Assembly (NCBI GenBank): GCA_016190505.1
Contig: JACPQM010000052.1
Location: forward strand, 21,027-85,026
Origin: Chloroflexota bacterium
Lineage (GTDB): Bacteria > Chloroflexota > Dehalococcoidia > JACPQK01
Reading direction: 5' to 3'
DNA: 64,000 nt
Shown: positions 59,485 through 64,000 of the stretch, piece by piece
Position numbering within the stretch: the first letter of the stretch is position 1
Layout: every line of letters begins with the position of its first letter
Program-made: the position numbers and the translations under genes
The notes under the pieces: model-generated
Told to the model about the DNA's origin: nothing
The model's input: the letters and a program-made list of their open reading frames with translations, nothing else
Databases searched by the model: none

Positions 59485-60708
59485 CTAACCGTGGCTGTTG
59501 AAGCCGCGGCGCAGTCCGGTTAAGGGCGCCTTGATCAGGTCCAATAGCCCGGCGCGGGTCTCGGCCTGCCGGATGAACAGCGCCGCAGCCAGCGCCAGGT
59601 AGATGCCCACAAAGACGTAGCGAACGGTGGGGTCAGGGAAAACCAACTGGACCGAGAACAAGACGAACAGGGCCAGCGCCTCCCGGAGGGAAAGGCTCAT
59701 GCTGGCCAGCACGGCCAGGCCGAAGGCCGATTGGGCCGCGGTGAGCAGTATCTCCTCGGCCTGGCGCGAGTCCAGGGCCAGCGCCCCTGGACTGCCCAGG
59801 GACGCGCTGTATATGATAGGCAGGGTGCCGACCAGCAACGTCCACTGGTTAACCTTCGAGGAAACCAACGCGCCCAAGGCCTGAGACCCCTTGTTGGCCA
59901 AGGCGAAGATGGCGACCACCGTCAGCTCGGGAGCTTCCGAGGCCAGGGGAGCAATCCACTGCACCAGAATGAACTCGTCAATTTCGAACTGTCTGCCGGT
60001 GTGGACCAGACCATCAGCGAAGGGCTCCGCTGAGGCTAGTATGACCGCGGCGCTGAACCCGAAGAAGAACAGCACCAGGGTGCGACGCCACCGCGTCCTC
60101 AGCGCGCCCAGAGCGGCCGCCGGGCCCAAAAGCTCCGGCTGCACTTTCCCGGCCCGGGCGCTTGTCCACAGGTACAGGCCAAATAGGGTGACCAGGACCG
60201 CGCTGTCTTCCAGGCCCAGTCTCCCTTTCAAGGGGATCAGGAATGAGTACGCCGTAGCCAGGGCCAGGAAAGAGAGCGTCACTTTCTGGTGCTTCTCCAG
60301 GTGGACTGACGGTTGCCGGAACTTGAGCCACACCAGGAGCACCACCATGGACCAGCCAATGCCGATGAGCAGCCGGTTGCCGCCGGTCATGTTGGCGGTA
60401 GCGTAGTGCACATAGGTGGGGTCACTGGCTGCCCGCCAGGCGAAGAAGCCGTCCACGGCGTACTCGGGCAGAACGGCGATGAGGGCCAGCGCCGCCAGGG
60501 CGAAGGCCTGGGCCACGTCCATCTGGGCCGCCTCGGTGGCCCAGGCGAGAAGGAACGCGGCGGCTACGATGCTAACCCCGAAGATGGCCGATTGGGTAGG
60601 GGCGGAAAGCTCTGCTCCTGAGAGCCGGATGGCAATGGCGAGCAGGCTTACTAGTAAGGCCCCGGCTACCCATAGCCAGGGCCCTGTGCCGTGATATGGC
60701 TTGCTCAT
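59485..60708 (-). CDS. Cation/Ca2+ (CaCA) antiporter family protein
   Basis: About 11 TM helices with repeated alpha motifs AVLPEYAV and ASEAPE. Confidence 0.85.
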   Translation of the reverse strand: MSKPYHGTGPWLWVAGALLVSLLAIAIRLSGAELSAPTQSAIFGVSIVAAAFLLAWATEAAQMDVAQAFALAALALIAVLPEYAVDGFFAWRAASDPTYVHYATANMTGGNRLLIGIGWSMVVLLVWLKFRQPSVHLEKHQKVTLSFLALATAYSFLIPLKGRLGLEDSAVLVTLFGLYLWTSARAGKVQPELLGPAAALGALRTRWRRTLVLFFFGFSAAVILASAEPFADGLVHTGRQFEIDEFILVQWIAPLASEAPELTVVAIFALANKGSQALGALVSSKVNQWTLLVGTLPIIYSASLGSPGALALDSRQAEEILLTAAQSAFGLAVLASMSLSLREALALFVLFSVQLVFPDPTVRYVFVGIYLALAAALFIRQAETRAGLLDLIKAPLTGLRRGFNSHG

Positions 60709-60897
60709 CGGGTGCTGTTGTCCATTGGTGAGCCGCCCACTAGTTTACTTCAGGCAGGGCATGTTCACAAGAGGCGTTTGGCCAGGCTTGACATCCGGCG
60801 GTGAGGAAAGCGAGAATGAGATGTAGGTAGTAAGGCGTTCCATGGTGTTGCGGGCCGCCTCATTACTCGGGGTGGCGCGGATGGAGGAGGAGTTAAC

Positions 60898-61128
60898 ATG
60901 GCCACAGTCCAGGCAGTCGGGCACAAGCACGAGGCACTAGTCCACGGGCACGGGCATCCCCACATAGTACATCACCTGAAGGGCGGCAACCCGGGCGATG
61001 TCGAGCATCTGTCCGCCATACATGACCACGATCATCGCCATTCTACCGTGGAGCATGCCCACGGCGCGCACCAGAACCCGCAGCGGGAGCACGAGCACGA
61101 GGGCCACATCCACGACCACGGCAGGTAG
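60898..61128 (+). CDS. Histidine-rich small protein (21 His of 76 aa)
   Basis: GGAGGAGG RBS; host-like codon usage; repeated HxH motifs. Confidence 0.75.
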   Translation: MATVQAVGHKHEALVHGHGHPHIVHHLKGGNPGDVEHLSAIHDHDHRHSTVEHAHGAHQNPQREHEHEGHIHDHGR

Positions 61129-61140
61129 CCGGGCTTCCGG

Positions 61141-61230
61141 CTCCAGACTTCAGGCTTTGGACGGAGACAGAGATAGCCCGTAGCCTGTAGGGGCGCATGG
61201 CGTGCGCCCTACCGCCTGTAGCCCGTAGCC
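61141..61230. repeat. Composite intergenic repeat with GTAG REP (copy 3, reverse of copy 2)
   Basis: gtaggggcgcatggcgtgcgccctac (61187-212), with only two hexamer units. Confidence 0.75.
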
Positions 61231-61233
61231 GGC

Positions 61234-61998
61234 CTACTTGATCAGCCGGCGTCTCATAAGCACCAGGGCCAGCCAGAAGGCGACGGCGCCTACGACGCCG
61301 AGCCAGACTACGTCTACCAACAGGCCCCAGGTCGCCGCGCCCCGAAGGGCTGCCCTCACCACATTGACCCCGTGGGTCAAAGGCAGCGCCCAGGCCAGCC
61401 ACTGGACCACCTTGGGCAGACCGGACAGGGGGAAGAATACCCCACTGAAGAAGGACATGGGCGTGATAAAGAGGGTGAAGTAGTAGTTGAACGTGTTGAT
61501 GCCAGGCACTATGGCGGTGAACACCATTGAGATGCTGGCGAAGGCGAAGCCGGTAAACACAGCGGCCACGGGCACCAGGACCGCCCAGGGCGAAGCCACC
61601 AGGCCAAACACGGCAAGGACCACCAACAGCGCCATTGCACTGAGCAAGGCGCGGGTTGCACCCCACAGTATCTCCCCGGCGATAACGTCCTCCACCTCCA
61701 GGGGTGTGGCGATGATGGCCTCGAAGGTGCGCTGGACCTCCATACGAATGAAGGAACCATAGGTGCACTCGAAGCTGGCGCCGAACATGGCATAGGCAGC
61801 GATGATGCCCGGAGCAATGAAGCTCAGATAGCTTTGTCCGTTGACCTGCCCGATGTAGGCGCCCAAGCCGAAGCCCATGGCCGCCAGCACGAAAAGCGGC
61901 TCGCCCAGGAAGCCGGCTGCCTCTGACCTCCACAGGCGCAGGAATACGTCCCCATCCCGCTGCCACACAAACCAGGCACGGTAGGACGGGCGGCTCAC
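61234..61998 (-). CDS. ABC-2 type transporter permease (NodJ-like)
   Basis: YLSFIAPG, FFSGVFFP and LPLTH. Confidence 0.9.
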   Translation of the reverse strand: MSRPSYRAWFVWQRDGDVFLRLWRSEAAGFLGEPLFVLAAMGFGLGAYIGQVNGQSYLSFIAPGIIAAYAMFGASFECTYGSFIRMEVQRTFEAIIATPLEVEDVIAGEILWGATRALLSAMALLVVLAVFGLVASPWAVLVPVAAVFTGFAFASISMVFTAIVPGINTFNYYFTLFITPMSFFSGVFFPLSGLPKVVQWLAWALPLTHGVNVVRAALRGAATWGLLVDVVWLGVVGAVAFWLALVLMRRRLIK

Positions 61999-62900
61999 TC
62001 CGTTAGCCCCCGGCCCGTGAGGTGCAGGAACACGTCCTCCAGCGTGGCCGGGCGGTAGGTGGCGCCTGGCACCAACCCGATGGTCCGGTGCAGGGCTTCG
62101 CGGTCCCGGGCGAAGACATACACCGTGTCCTCCACTTCCTCCCAGGTCGCGTCACCCCGGCTGAGCTGCCCCACAATGGCGGGTGCCGCGTCCGCCGGGA
62201 CCTCCACCACCTGGCTGCCCACGTGCTCCCGCACCAGGTCTGCCGGGCTGCCCTGGGCCAGGATGCGGCCCTGGTGCATGATCACCAGCCAATCGCAAAG
62301 CCGGGCAGCCTCCTCCATGTTCTGAGTTGACAGCAGGACCGTAGTCCCCTGCTCCCGGAGCTGGCGTAGCTTTTGCCATACCATGTGCCGGCCCTGCGGG
62401 TCCAGGCCGGTGGTAGGCTCGTCCAACACCAGGATGCGAGGCTCGTGGAGCAGGCCGCGGGCCAGCACCAGGCGGCGCTTCATGCCCCCGGACAGGTCCC
62501 GCACCGGGCTGTGGGCTTTTTCGCGGAGGTGGAACAGGTCCAGGACCTCGTATGCCCGCCTGCGGGCGGTATCCGGAGGCATCTCAAAGTAGCGGGCATA
62601 GACCACCAGATTGTGCAGCACGGTGAAGTCGGGGTCCAGATTGTTCTCCTGGGGTACCACGCCCAAGAGGGCCTTGATGGCCCGGCCCTGGGTGCGCACG
62701 TCTAGCCCGCTGACGTAGAGCTGGCCCGCGGTCAGCGGCGACTGGCAACACACCATGCGCATGGTGGACGTCTTCCCAGCGCCGTTGGGCCCCAGGAAGC
62801 CAAAGCACGTGCCCGCCTCCACGGCGAAGTCAATGCCGGCCACGGCCACCAGGGGGCCGAACTTCTTGAGGAGTCCCCGCGCCTCAACAATCGAAGCCAT
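61995..62900 (-). CDS. ABC transporter ATP-binding protein (NodI-like)
   Basis: GPNGAGKTS, LSGGMKRR and LDEPTTGLD; start trimmed to the ATG at 62900. Confidence 0.92.
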   Translation of the reverse strand: MASIVEARGLLKKFGPLVAVAGIDFAVEAGTCFGFLGPNGAGKTSTMRMVCCQSPLTAGQLYVSGLDVRTQGRAIKALLGVVPQENNLDPDFTVLHNLVVYARYFEMPPDTARRRAYEVLDLFHLREKAHSPVRDLSGGMKRRLVLARGLLHEPRILVLDEPTTGLDPQGRHMVWQKLRQLREQGTTVLLSTQNMEEAARLCDWLVIMHQGRILAQGSPADLVREHVGSQVVEVPADAAPAIVGQLSRGDATWEEVEDTVYVFARDREALHRTIGLVPGATYRPATLEDVFLHLTGRGLTE

Positions 62901-62924
62901 GTAGAAATGGTCCGCGCCCAAACG

Positions 62925-62960
62925 AAAAGGCAAGCCCCGATACGCCGGGGCTTGCCTTTT
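62925..62960. terminator. Rho-independent terminator (bidirectional form)
   Basis: aaaaggcaagccccg-atacgc-cggggcttgcctttt. Confidence 0.75.
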
Positions 62961-62974
62961 CAACCAAGAACGTT

Positions 62975-63817
62975 CTAGGCGCGGAGGAGGTCCTCCTCTG
63001 GCTCGCCCGCTTCCACCACCAGCCCGGGCCCCTCAACAACGCTGAAGCCCTCAGGAAGGGTGTCAGACTCCTCATCCATCCCCGGCTCCTCTTCCTCCTC
63101 CTCGAGACCCTCTTCCTCTTCCAGATCATACTTCAGCACGCCCTCGCGGGTATAGGCCCGGAACTCCTCGGGTCCCGTGGTCGGGAAGGACACCTTGCCC
63201 ACCAGGCTAGGGTGCTGGTAGGTCTCCCGGATGATCACCCGGACCTCATGGTCGCTCACGCTGGTGACGGCGGCCACATAGCGGTTGCCCCCTTGCATGA
63301 GGCGCATCAGGCGGATGCCAAGCTTAGTCTCAACCTGCCCCAGATACTGCCCACCCGGAGTTTCCACCCTGAGCACACCGTCGGCAGCCGCCAGGCTCAC
63401 CTGGTCACCCGCGAATACCTTGAGTAGCGTAGCCCGGTGCGCCAGGTTGAGCAGGGCGGTCACACCGGCCTTGCCCCTTTCCTCGATGAAAACCCGCGGG
63501 GAGGCCTTGACCGTGTCTTCCTTGACGGGACGCTCAGGGTCCATGTGAGCCAGGCGGCTCAGGTTCTTCTGAGCGATGGTGTTCAGAGGATCAATACCAA
63601 GGGCACGACGGTAGGCGTCTTTCGCCTCGTCATACTTGCCCAACTCGGTCAGGGACTTGCCCAGCCGGTTCAGGGCATCCACGTCGTTGGGGAACAGCTC
63701 CAGAATAGCCTGGTTGACCTGCACCGCCTCTTCCCAGCGGTTCTGCATGGCCAGATCTATGGCCTTCTGGATGCTACTCCTGCGTAGCTTGGCTCCTTCT
63801 TCCTGGTAGATGGTCAT
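62975..63817 (-). CDS. Tetratricopeptide-repeat protein with acidic C-terminus
   Basis: TPR-like helices (DVDALNRLGKSLTELGKYDEAKDAYRRALGIDP) and a Glu-rich tail. Confidence 0.8.
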   Translation of the reverse strand: MTIYQEEGAKLRRSSIQKAIDLAMQNRWEEAVQVNQAILELFPNDVDALNRLGKSLTELGKYDEAKDAYRRALGIDPLNTIAQKNLSRLAHMDPERPVKEDTVKASPRVFIEERGKAGVTALLNLAHRATLLKVFAGDQVSLAAADGVLRVETPGGQYLGQVETKLGIRLMRLMQGGNRYVAAVTSVSDHEVRVIIRETYQHPSLVGKVSFPTTGPEEFRAYTREGVLKYDLEEEEGLEEEEEEPGMDEESDTLPEGFSVVEGPGLVVEAGEPEEDLLRA

Positions 63818-64000
63818 ATCTCACCTCCAGTGGCCTTCCTTTCTCAAGATTTTTGATGCCACCAGGGAAAAGCAGTTTATACGCAGTCGCCCGGTCTGTC
63901 AAGTGCTTTTTACCGATTTCTTACACATGGTTCATGAACATGGAGGATAGTACTGTAACTTTAGTCACAAAGCTGGGGGACGTGGCCAGAAGGTTGTGCC

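Noticed and set aside
60745-60930. 61-aa minus-strand ORF with CxxC
   Set aside because: It overlaps the RBS and start of the better-supported His-rich gene and has no clear RBS of its own.

Overview
GC-rich bacterial chromosome segment. The gene order recA-recX-rny-ymdB...dprA-topA-xerC-aroQ-pepP-efp-xseAB and smpB-ssrA, together with the tmRNA tag region, fits Chloroflexota, probably Dehalococcoidia (inference). The right part (about 24.95-64 kb) is mostly core genome. It also holds GTAG-type REP repeats (one pair inserted in frame in xerC), two toxin-antitoxin pairs, an orphan nitrogenase-like gene and a His-rich peptide. The left part (<1 to about 24.95 kb) is an accessory region abutting the 3' end of the tmRNA gene. 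Read from ssrA outward it contains four blocks. (1) A ~4.7 kb tyrosine-integrase element with a sigma-like gene, two unknown ORFs and a densely base-paired ~340 nt non-coding leader; a 40-bp long-range stem encloses the first ORF. (2) A short array of attC-like sites with small cassette ORFs and no intI. (3) A tight five-gene operon encoding a NurA-like nuclease, HerA ATPase, type IIG-like N6-adenine methyltransferase, OLD/TOPRIM nuclease and B12-type radical SAM enzyme, which is a candidate undescribed defence/DNA-modification system. (4) DUF3843-like, Smr, Tex, YaiI, YwbE and ABC-F genes, plus a SIR2-like gene cut by the window edge. No CRISPR array, rRNA or tRNA gene was seen. All family assignments come from motif recognition by eye, not from database searches.
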